The notes below the pieces were generated by a model. That model did no database searches and was not told where the DNA came from. It saw nothing but the letters and a program-made list of their open reading frames with translations. A stretch of DNA of 64,000 nt from Schmidtea polychroa (lineage: Eukaryota): assembly GCA_044892525.1 (NCBI GenBank), contig CM097885.1, positions 14,076,001 through 14,140,000 of the forward strand, given 5' to 3'. Made by a program: the position numbers and the translations under genes. The stretch's first letter is position 1, and each line of letters starts with the position of its first letter. This document shows positions 13,243-25,790 of the stretch, one piece after another.

Positions 13243-13996
13243 AGTTCTGAAAATTTTCTTTTTTATCCAATTTTACATATTTGCATTCCATTAATATAAT
13301 TTCTCTCATAATATAATATTATAATCATAAATATTATCAATCCTACTGATTAGGGGCCAATTTTGATAATCTCAACTGCGATTATCATGGAGTTGAATTA
13401 CAATTGCTTCTACTTGCAAGGGCCACCCTTTATCTCATAATTATATTCTTGAGGTAATCAATTCTTTTATTTCTGTCATAAAATTTTGAAAATTAAATAT
13501 AAATATAAATTATTCAGTGATAAAATTCATTTATATATCGAAATCAAAATGTGAAAAGAATTAACTACTGAATAATTTATCAGTAGAATTGAATTATTCA
13601 ATAAAATTAAGTTTTTACTTTATTAGTTTGTGCCACCTGGGACGGTCCTTAACTTTGCCTCCTCTCCCCATATAATTATCTAACATAAAGTCTGATCTAA
13701 CTAAGAATGTGTAATAAATATATTTTTATCCTTTATGTAAAAAATTTGTTTTATTTAAAAATTATGTTGTAATAAAATATGTTATAAAATAATGCATGGT
13801 CAATTTATTACAATAATTATGCTTGATGAATAAAGTTGTGACAATATTAATTGACAAATTCGAATCGTTCTGAATTTTATTTAAATAAATTTTTACAAAT
13901 ATAATTCTAAAATGCAAAATAAAAATAAAAAAACAGAAAAATAATTTTATTGAAAATATCTCTCGCAATCTTCCTTCAGAAAACCTTTCCAACAAT

Positions 13997-14625
13997 CTAC
14001 TGAAATGATTTACAACTCTTCAAGTATTCTGATGATAATTTCCCTGTTGCTTCCAATGCCTCGTACAGTCCATCACCGGAAACTGCACAACATGCCTGCA
14101 GGTGCCATTTGTGAGTGCGCTCCAGTTTCGATAATTCTAACTCTTCCACAATTCTACTTGGTGACATGGCATTTGGTAAATCTTGTTTGTTTGCAATCAC
14201 CACTATTGGAATCTGAATCAATGTTAAACATTTCGATTTCCTATCAAATCTAGATTTACATTTCTCATCTCGTCACATTCAGCAATCGTAAATAATTCAT
14301 CTCTTGATTCCTTCAACCTTTCCACATCATTCCTGTCCACTACATAAATCAATCCATGGCAATTTGTATAGTAATGTCTCCATAACTGTCGAATCTTCTC
14401 TTGACCTCCCACATCCCAAATTGTGAATTTCAAACCTTTCCCAATTGAAACTTCCTCCACATTGAATCCGATTGTTGGAATCGTTGTCACAGTTTCATTG
14501 AGTTTCAATTTGTATAGAATTGTGGTTTTACCAGCAGCATCCAATCCCAACATTAGGATTCTCCTTGGATCAGATTGAGACAACTCGTTTAGCAAATTGT
14601 ATAATATAATCAAAAGTATTCCGAT
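13997..14625 (-). pseudogene. ARF-family GTPase copy 2, start codon lost
   Basis: Colinear with copy 1 (629 nt, intron 14259-14213), but ATG is ATC at 14625-14623 with an in-frame TAA just upstream; VVDSN is changed to VVDRN. Confidence 0.85.
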
Positions 14626-14829
14626 TTAATACAATAATGAAATGGAATAATAAAAATCATAGAAAATATTGAATATTTATAGTGATTCTGAATTGCATCA
14701 AATTCTCCACCGTGGATTGAATGACAACGCGTTTCTAAAAATAGTAACAGAAATTTCAACATTTTCTGATTGGTCATTTAGAATAATTAATGCCACTCTA
14801 TCACAGACTTAAACAATAGATTGATGACG

Positions 14830-15031
<202 letters not shown>

Positions 15032-15620
15032 AAAATTATTGGATTTAATTACAATATATGTGGTGAGTGCAAATTTTATGTTTATAATTAACTATTTAAA
15101 TAAATAATTATTTATTATAAAAATACACAAAAACTAATTCTTATAACGTTTATTAAAATTTACAAAAAAAAATCTTTAGATAGAGATCATAAAATCTTTC
15201 TAACTCTCATAAAGTTTATAAAGTTCAAATTTTAATAAATTTAATCCCGCGATCCTTATTTTTTAATTCTTCCTTGACAATTTTTGTCATTGATTTTTTG
15301 TTTTTAAATTTAAAATTTAATTTTAATTATGATAATAATAACAACAAACGTGTGACAATAAACATAAGGATCACGTACAGCACAGTCACCAACTAAATTG
15401 CAGCACCAACGTCTCTTGCGATGGGCATTTAGTATTAAAATCAATAGTTATGTGTAGTTAAGAAAAGAAATATTGTAAAGTGTGAGCAACAGCAGGAAGA
15501 GGCCGACATTTTCAAGGATAAAAATAGATTTTACTCCCAACTTGTAATCTACCTTTAGAAATAGAGCTCGCCTCCTTATTTATTTTCAACTGTGTACATT
15601 CCCAACCTGGTGATTGGCAA

Positions 15621-16334
15621 GGTAACCCGTCAAATGGGCCTCGATAATATGACCCCAATATTACGGCCCACATTATAAAGGCCCATGGCAAAACGGCCCT
15701 GAAAAAAGGGCCTCTGATATAAGAGTCTTTGGCAAAAACGATCCCTGTCAAAAGGGCTCACGCCAAAAGAATCGCGTAAATAGAAATATTTGTATGTAGA
15801 AAAGAAAAATTGTACGTATGTTGACTTCGAAACGACGTCATCTGTAACTTTTTAAGACTGTTTAAAATAGATTCTATATGTTTGTTATTATACATGCATA
15901 TAGTACCATGTAAATGTTTTTGGCAAGAGAGTAGTTTGAATATCATATGGACCTGGAGAGGCCGGAATAGAAATTTGGCACGAATTTGATCAATCTTGTT
16001 AGTGAAGAATTCACGGAATGCGTTAGCAAGAGTAGATGTATCAGGCTGGTCAGGAAGAGAATATGTGTCGGTGAGATAAAATAGAATTTAGGGTTTTCCA
16101 GAGCGAGTGTGGATAAGTTTATAGTTCTTGATCGTGTATGAAACTTCCGGAAACAGTGTGTTTTTGTATATTTAGTGTTTAAGCGCTTCTATTGTTGGGA
16201 CCCTTTTAAAAGGGTCGTTTTTTCGGGGCCTTTATATCAGAAGCTAATTTGCCGGAGGCATTGATGTCGGTGGCCGTAATATCTTTGTCATTTTGACGGG
16301 GCCGTTTTGTCCTGGGCCCTTTTGACGGGACACC
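15621..16334. mobile_element. MULE/foldback-like element, copy 2 (same insertion site, duplicated with the unit)
   Basis: GGTAACCCGTCAAA..TTTGACGGGACACC termini; flanks GATTGGCAA/GGTTGGCAC. Confidence 0.75.
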
Positions 16335-16729
16335 GGTTGGCACGGGTATATTGATGTTAAAAAAATTAACCTAAATATTCATAAATATTGAATACTAATA
16401 TATAAGTGACAAGCCAGATTCTGAGTTGTTTGCCAAACGGAACTCTATTACTATCCAAACACCTGTAAGTTTGACTTGAACAACCTTCTAATTCTGATGT
16501 ACCTAAAGAAATTCAGGTTCCAAAATATTTTCTAGTACTCTTTCGAGTTAAGACCCATATGTTTGTCTTATTATCTTATATTTTTCATATCTTCAGGATA
16601 TCAAGATAAATTTCGTTGTTTGCTAAAAAGTAAAATTCATTCATAAAATTTATCAATTTTGTGAGTTTAAATATAAATTTTCATGAAATCTTTTTTGTTT
16701 AAATAATATTGTATTTGAAAAGTTTGCGA

Positions 16730-19700
16730 ATGAAAAAGTGAATAAATTAATGAAATGATACATTATTTAATATTAAATCAGGTCACTAGTTCCTATAAAG
16801 GATCTCAATACAAATGCAAATGGGGGGCAAAGCAATACAGAGTAACTATAGTATTATTATTATTATTATATTAACAATAATATTATTAGTAAATCAGACC
16901 CGAGACCTTTAAGAGATCCAAATTTCATGAAAGATGCAAAACATAAATTATTTAAAGTAATCCATTTCATTATTAAAAGAATTCGTAACAGAATTTTATA
17001 GTTTCTAGAAAGCACCGATTACCCTCATCGAATCGACAGCTCTAATTTTGGTAAACTTACCCAAACAGATGTGAAAGCAATTTTCGAACATTTTATCAGT
17101 ATTGTTGTTGCGGATTTTCGTTTAAATGACTCACAAATAGCTGCCGAAGATCAAATTTTACGGCACAAATCAATTTGATATAACACAATTTTAGTATTGC
17201 AATTAGCTGCATTTTACTGCCATTCAGTACAGCAATAATTTCTCCACAACTCATATAACATCAGCGGCGGCTTTCCCGTCAGTTCCACTCGTCATAGGAG
17301 CGTTTGATTTGTTGAGGCGATTTGTCAGCGCTTTTATTCGGGTGAATTTTAATTTCATTTCAAATTTTGATTATTTTGATTATAATTATTATTCAAATTA
17401 ATTTATATTAAATGTTTTTGATTTAATTATATAATTAATATTATTATGCTGTTGATATTGCAATTGGCAAGTTGCCGTGAGCGCTCCGCCACATAGAGCA
17501 GTTACAAATGCAAATCAAACTAATCTATCAGTTATTAATCTATCAAAGGAATTATCACAATAGTTATCTCACATAATAATTCAATAAATCAAATCAATAA
17601 TAATAAGGCAAATCAAAACCCAAAATAAATCAATTTTTATTGAAATCTTTTTTAATTTGTCATAATTTTTCAATTCTGCACCTGAGCAGCAATTTACCAC
17701 TTTTGAATCGAGCGAATGATTTTTGATGGGTGCAAGCATTTCTTTTTCATCTCATCAATTTGCTGTTGACATTTTGATTCAATCTGCCGAATTTCATTGG
17801 CGCATTTCACCATTTCAAGCTGCAGCTGAATCTCAAATTCAAACATTTAAATAAATCAATAATTCACCTTTTCATTCCCCTGTTGCAGCCGCTGCTCGCA
17901 TTTCTCTTTCATCTCATCAATTTGCTGTTGACATTTAGATTCAATCGCCTCAATTTGCTGCCTGACCTGCTTTGCATTAATAATAAATCAAATCAATAAT
18001 CAAACTTGATTGATTGATCCAATATTTGTCTCCATCTCCATTCTCAATGAGCGATTCTCATTCTTCAATGCCACCATTTCCTCATTCAATTCTTCTATTG
18101 ATAATTGATAATTTTTATTGATAATTTCATTACGCAATGTCACATTCTCGTCTCTCATTGCTTGCATCTCATTGCATAGATTACTGATCTGATCGATCAA
18201 TAATTTGCTATGGCCTTCATTATTCTCATTGAGATGGACTTTCATTTCGTCCTTATCCACCTCATTCATTTCGCATCCAATTCTATTGAATGGACATTTT
18301 ATTGGTTGCTTGTTGCATGTTCTCATGTGGCTTTCCATCACCTCTAATTCATCTTTGAATTGACAATTTTGCATTGGGCATCTCACTATCACTTCTGAAA
18401 TCCTTAAATTGGCTGCATGATCTTCAGAAACATCTTTATTGAAATTTATCATTTTCTTTCCACAATGTTTTCCTGCTCCTGGACAGAATTTATCTTTTCC
18501 ATCCAAATAATGTTCAATGCAATCAGAACAAAAGCGACAACCGCAAGGAGCTTGGCAAGCTTTTATCATTAAACACTTGCAAATTCTGCATATCAATTCA
18601 TTGCTGATTTCATTATCAAATTCAAATTTATTCCTCTTCATTATTTCCCATACACTTGCAAACATTTTATCTAAAATTAACAAAATTATAAAAATATTTC
18701 AACATTTTACAACATTCATAAATCATACTTATTATATTAATTATTTCCTCTGACGTTGACAATTTCAATATTTATAATTTGTATTTTGATGTAGATAAAC
18801 AAACATTTTATAAATATTGTATTTTAGCTTGAAATATTGTTAATGCTAATTTTTAGTGTTTTTCTCATTTATTTTAAATTTTACAAAATTATTTAAATTA
18901 TAATTTTATAACGAAATGTAAAATTTTAACATTTTTAACGGCAAACACAAATTAAAAATATATCAAAATATAAAATTAGATATTTTTCATAAAATATTAA
19001 AATATTGATCTAATGATTTCGTTATGGTTACACATATTTGTCTCACATTTTCTGATGTGTACAAGTTTCCTGTGAGCCCCATATTGACATTGTCACATTT
19101 TATTGTGCACAAAGCAATACTGATAAATTGGATTAGATTTAACACAATAAAAATTAAATTTTAACGAATTTTTGTATGATTTAATGAAATCTGTGATCGG
19201 TGCAGGGCCTAATTGACACGTAATTTTAATTGATTCTATCCATTGCAGTTCACTGTCCTGGTGCATGTAATGGTGGATGTGCTGGGGAATGTGCTGGGGA
19301 ATGTGCTGGGGAATGTGATGGATATATCTGCCTTTTCAATTTATTATTAATGCTAATGATAATAAATAATAATAATAATTTTAAATGACCCCGCTAAATT
19401 CAGACCGATCCTAAAATGCTTTTCCCGAGAATTATGAGTTATCGTATCTGCTCAGAAGTCGTTTTGGATTCTTTGATTTCCATTTACCGGACAATTGAAA
19501 ACGCTGAATTCAACGCTAATAATCTAATTGAACTTCAGGATGCCATTCGATACGAAATGGGAATCATATCAAGCAGTGAAATCATGAAAATCTCTCAGAA
19601 TGTCGACCAAATCGAAGAGATGCAAACGAATGTTCAACTCCTTGAATGCACTATCAGAGAAATCCGAGGAATCCAATCGAATTGACAATTGCATTGAGAC

Positions 19701-19887
19701 CGAGGATGGAAAGCATTCAAAATTGAAAGTGAAATCAGGTTGGTGGAATCCTGTACGTGATGAATCATTTATAGGAAATCCTTCACAAGCTGCAAATGGA
19801 AATCCGAGATGAAACCAATTGCTCAAATGCTATTACGAAAGAGAATTCACTCCTAGTTGCCAAGAGGAGTGAATACGAGGAGAAAGG
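16730..19887 (+). pseudogene. NDC80: NDC80 broken copy 2 (N-terminal and CH exons 16730-17341; middle exons 19404-19738 and 19775-19887; 3' exons absent)
   Basis: ATG at 16730; donor at 17342 and CAG acceptor at 19403 are in phase. Exon TDPKMLF..VLDSLISIY..ELQDAI resembles HEC1 LFLDYTIKCY..ELQSKL. Apparent frameshifts near 17207 and 19670-19740. Confidence 0.78.
17694..18665 (-). CDS. TRAF-like protein copy A: RING + zinc fingers + coiled coil, MATH domain deleted (about 295-300 aa; may be a pseudogene)
   Basis: ATG 18665; exons 18665-18006, 17969-17868, 17831-17694 with about 36-nt GT-AG introns. RING CRIC..CGCRFCSDC..CPG; TRAF ZnF CPMQNC..H..C. Frameshifted tail ends at TAA 17696-17694; remnant KLLLRCRIEKL* lies in another frame. 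Confidence 0.8.
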
Positions 19888-20779
19888 GTGATAATCCATA
19901 TTTTACCTGTTTTACCATATTTCTAATCTCGGATCATTTTCTAATTTCATTCATTTTTAAAATATTTTTCGTATGAGTAATTTAGATTAATAAATAGATT
20001 ATTAAATAGATTAATAAATAAATTAATAAATAAAAATTATAAATAAATTAATAAATATATTAATAAATAAATTAATAAATATATTAATAAATAAATTAAT
20101 AAATAAATTAATAAATGGATTAATAAATAAATTAATAAATAGATTAATAAATAAATTAATAAATAGAATAATTTTTTTTATATTTACTTTGTCACATCGT
20201 ATTTCATATGCTTTCTGTTATACGCTTTCAGTTATATAAATTTCACAGTAATTCATAACTAGATCTTTATTATAATCCATTTGATATCCGAATGTTACAC
20301 AATCTTTTCCCTAATATTGAATTGACCCAATTTTTTTTAAATGAAGCGTGATGTGAACTTTGACTCTATTTGTTATAATGGATCTCATTGGTACCATCTA
20401 AAAATGTTGATTATGCATTAGATCGTTCTCATTGATTCTGGAATCTGACCATTTCGCCACAGATAATCACAGACCTAATTCTGTTCCTATCAATTATATA
20501 AATACATTTGATATTACATGTTATATTAAGAGTAACAATTATTATATTTGTGTTACCAAGTGTGCAATTTGAAATTTAATATTGTCCAACAGAATGCCCT
20601 TTAACAATTATACGCTTATAAAATCGGCGATAAAAAGAATTCATTGGATTTTATTATATTTCCCGCAGTTCTCAGCATCAATAAATTCTTTTTGGTCTTG
20701 GCGAGTTTTGTTTTCTTGCGTATACTTTTAGATACTTCTTTAGGTACTTTAAAATAAAAATTCGATTCGTTTTAAAGAA

Positions 20780-21170
20780 AATATTTATCACTGTCGATCT
20801 AATTATTTAAAGTTTCACATGAAATGTTCAAGTACCTGATGGGATGCTTAAATTTTATATGGGAAACGCTCAAGTTTTTCCTTTAAAAAATTTGCATTGT
20901 TTTAAAACTGCGTTAAACTTCCTTAGCTGAATTTCTAACCGATGTTCTGTTAGGATTGTTTTCATCAATTATTTCTATTTTTCCTACTTCAGAAACGCTA
21001 CCAGTTTATTTAAACTTAGCAAAGATCTTTCCCATAGTTTTCGTTATCGATTGGTTTGTTTCATTTCAACTCTTGTAAATGCCTTCTAACCAAAGTTCCT
21101 GATTCAAATTTCTCCATATGGAAAACTATTTTTACAAGTGCGTTAATGTAGAACGTAATCACATTTTGCA
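20780..21170 (-). mobile_element. Tc1/mariner-superfamily transposase N-terminal remnant
   Basis: Broken frames giving KIFAKFK*TGSVS..TSVR, typical of the HTH region of these transposases. Confidence 0.4.
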
Positions 21171-21688
21171 TCAACACTATTGTAATGCTAATTGATTAAA
21201 TCAAATACTTTTTGTTGAAATATATATTAAATTTTAATTAATAAATGTTACTCTAGAGCTTTTGGATATGTTTAATTACTATTCAATTTCAAAATGCAGA
21301 AGCTGCTTATAATATTATATTGCATTTGTGAAAATAGCTTACAAACCAATGCAAAAGTAGCCAAAGATAAAGTATTAATACAGAAAGCTAAATAATATTT
21401 TTAAATTCATCTTACTATTATGGTAAAATCTTTAATTTTAAGCTGGCCTATAATCTGTTTGTTTATATTTCATTTATTTTCATTATGACAAAATATCAAA
21501 TAATTTTGGAAAATTAATTTTTCATTTTTAGAAAAAGACATTTAGTAACAATATTTACATTTTATAAATAGTTTTTATATTTTGCTTTTTGTTTATTTTA
21601 ATATTTTAAGCGCCTCATTACATGAACGCAATAGTTGCCAAATCCATCGGTTAAGGAGTGTTTATTTTTGTAACCAATAAGATAGGAG

Positions 21689-21990
<302 letters not shown>

Positions 21991-22841
21991 TACTTAAACA
22001 CGCATGGAAACGATTTAATTATAAGAAAGTGCCAATGAAACATTCGTGTCACGATATATATTTTCCTGTCATCATTTCTAAAGGATGAAATATTTTTTTA
22101 AAATATTCGATATAATTAATAATTAATACAATTAATAAATCTGTTCAAAAATCTATAATTTCTATAGTTATTATATCCTACCTGAAGATGAGAGGAAAAC
22201 TGTCGAAATATATCATGAAACGAATTTTGACTTGGTGCTTTCTTAAAAATAATTATAAACAATAAAAATAATGATAATAATTATAATAAATGATAATAAT
22301 AATAATAAACATCAGCAGTGATAGAAATTTTATTATAATTTCAATCATTTATGAAACATACAAATATATATAATGGAATATGCATAAATCTTTCTTTTTT
22401 CGTATTCACTCATTATACGGTAGATATTAAAACAATATAAACATAATGGAGGGAAGGCTTAATATAATATAATGATATATTTACAAAAATGTCCTACACT
22501 TTTGAAACGAAATTTATTTAACGAAATGCAAAATAGTAATTTAAAGTGCACTAAAATTGGAGGCTATAAATAAGTAACAGTTTATTTATTAAATATTATT
22601 GATAATCTTATCTTATAACAATAATAGAGGTGTCCTATACTTTTGAAACAAGGTATATATATAAACATTACAAGTTTTGTGATACCCAGTGCAAATCCCA
22701 ATAGTAGACTAGTTTCGAGCTTTTGGCTCTCATCAGTACTATGCGTGAGGCCCTGGACACCATGCTATGACACTGGGAATCACATCAATTGCAAATTAGC
22801 TAATTCACAGAAAAAATACCTGTAAACTTGTAAACATGGCG

Positions 22842-22865
<24 letters not shown>

Positions 22866-22872
<7 letters not shown>

Positions 22873-24540
22873 AGCATGTCCGCAATGTAGAAATGAAAGT
22901 GAATTCCTATGGGTGTGACTTATATATCTACCGCCTGTGTTCCTATCGTTAAGTGATATCAGAAGAGATCGTTGTATCAACCTTTACTCCACCATGTTGA
23001 AATCGTCACGCGAAGTGATGTACAATATGTTCTATTGCTTTGCGACGCTTAGGAAGCTAATAATCATTTTGTCTGTCACGAGCTAACCTAAACTTAAAAT
23101 ATATTAATATAAATAGTTTTTAATTTGAAATTTTTTTTCATTTCTAAATATTTCTAAATATTTTAAGTGGCTCATAATATGTGCGAGTTGGTTGCGAATC
23201 CATCGGTTAGGGAGCGTGTATTTGCATTGGTGAGTTACTTTCACCAATATCCTCATTTGAAGATCATTTAGAATTCTCCCCCGAGTACGGGTGTTGCCAA
23301 TGAGCAAGAACTATATGGTTATGCTAAAGTTTTGCTCAGATTTTTCGGTGAGCCAAAACCATCAGAACACATTGCGGCTAATTCCAAATATACCTGAACA
23401 GCTCAAATTTAGTCTTCTATTATTAATTTATTATAAATCATGAACATTCATATTTGACTGATCTGATCAATAAACTGTCACATGCAAAATATTTTGATAT
23501 TTATTTTATAAATTATTATTATTATTAATATTATATTTTGTTACTTCCACATGAAACCATTTTACTCCATTTCATAGATATATAATGGTTTTAGGTGCAT
23601 TGGTGAGAAAGGGAGTGATATTATCTTGTTGATATTAATATTATTATTCATGATGTCATCATGATAATTTCATTGGTTGATTGTATTACTTTCAATTGTA
23701 ACATATATTGTTCGTTGATTAATTTCTTTTTAAAATAAATTTATTTCTTTTCGTTAATTTCAAAGCTCTCAAAATATTTTCCCGCTTTTTGAACGTTTTG
23801 AAAATCACTTGAAAAAGGCAGTACCGAAAATTCGTGAATATCAGAAAACATCGATATATTTACTGATTCATAGTCAAGCTTTCTAATAAATACAATGTCA
23901 ATGGAAAAGAAATCAGTGGTGAAAATTGAAAATCAATATTTAAAATGCAAAAATTGATTAGAAATTTGAATAATCGAAAAATCAATAATGTCAATTCAAT
24001 AATGTCAAATCAATAAATACAAATATAATAATTACAAATAGATGGCGGATGGTTCATTGGCAAAGTTATTATGAAAAAAATCGATTGGTCACGTTAATAA
24101 TTTCTAGAGAAATAGTGACATCGATGTTGAGTTTATTCTAAATAGGGGAATTTAAATTGGTCCCCGTTGGAGGCAAGCAAGTTTAACATTTCTCAAAAAG
24201 TGTTGGTAACAGTGATTGTTTGGAGCGCTTCATTTTATCGATAAATGTTGATAGGTTCAATTGTTTGTCAGATCAAACTCGTAAAGAATAAAAAAAGTTT
24301 AATGACTCAACAATATTAAAAATAGCATTATTATGATAAAAATTTACACGATTGTTCAAGTAGTTTTTATTTTATAGGTTATTTGATCTATAATCGAAAT
24401 GAAGATAAATGAAATTCTAAATATTTGCAAGCGATTCGTTAAATCATCAAATACAGTCATATTAATTTTTATATGAATTATGATAATTAATTGATAATCA
24501 ATTATAATATAATTTCAATTTATAATTTAGGTTTTTATAT
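22866..24540. repeat. 1.7-kb direct duplication (second copy about 31798-33562) containing exon-like degenerate segments
   Basis: Near-identical colinear sequence; the same 'LIGNTRTRGRILNDLQ' ORF appears in both. Confidence 0.9.
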
Positions 24541-25790
24541 AATGTATTTTTATATTTTACACCAGAAACCATCCAAAGACGTTTCCTATAATATATGAAA
24601 AAAAAATCAATAACTTACATAGAAATATACATTCTTTGGTTTCACACTGATGTTCTCGTTAATAGTGCAATGAGATACATCTTGCACTATAGAAATCTAA
24701 AAAGTGTTGAAAAATTGATTACTGCACATAAACACAACACATACTATAAAACACATAAACTTTCGATATATAGAAATGCGCTACTGAGATACGTTTCTAT
24801 AATAACTTTATTTGAGACAATTTTGAGGGGAAAATGTATTTTTAAAGAAACTACGTTAAATTGTCATGAAAATGTTGACTAAAAGTATTATTAAAGAACT
24901 CGAATAATGATCTCATATCTATATGGGTCAAAATTCAAGCCTTAAAATTAAATATCTTACCTGAAAGTCATTTTAAAAATGGCTAAAATAATTTCTAGAC
25001 AAATTGGTGAATCAATTTAATGAGACGAATTGATGTACACACTAACCAACGCTATAGAAAATGTATCTCAATGGCGTTTGGTGCAAATAACTTAAAAAGA
25101 AACATATGATAAAATACAAGTATTATCACTCATTATTGAAAACACATAAAATTCACTCATTATATTATACTGCTTGATTATCTTTCTGTCGCTACTCAGT
25201 TTTATAAATAACAAAATTTTCTAATTATATGGTTATCTCACTTGACAATTTTGTTGGTAATGAAAAACAATCGACAGCTGAACTTAGGAGCCAAGAAATA
25301 ATACTTTTACAAACAGGTCCCTTGTGCATAAACTGTATTTTTAATCATCTATAAAAGCTGCGAATCATTCCAAAATGTATTAAAATTTATTCTAATGTGC
25401 CGCACAAAAACCAGTTATAAAACTAGAGGCACATGGATTATTAAACCAATTTAATTATTTAGAAACTGGTATTATGGTATCATTTAGGTTCGATGTTTTA
25501 GATAAGCTTTATGGTGTAAATAAAACACAAAACTTGATGCATAAATTGAATTTGGAGTTGAACTATACAACAGCTTATGTGAATATTTTCTATCGAAAGC
25601 CCAGAATATTTTGATTATTTGAAAATAAAAATTAAACTATCTGGTTGTTCCGAATATAAAATAACCAACCAACGCAAAAGAAATCAGTTGAATCAAATCA
25701 ATTTGATAAAATTAATTGTGTTGGGATTCGACGAGGAAGGCACAAAAACAATGTGAAAATCAATGAAAACATCAAATTCACAATAATAAT

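Noticed and set aside
19276..19322. 12-bp G-rich tandem repeat (GAATGTGCTGGG x3)
   Set aside because: Local slippage expansion in one unit; only three G-tracts and no evidence of function.
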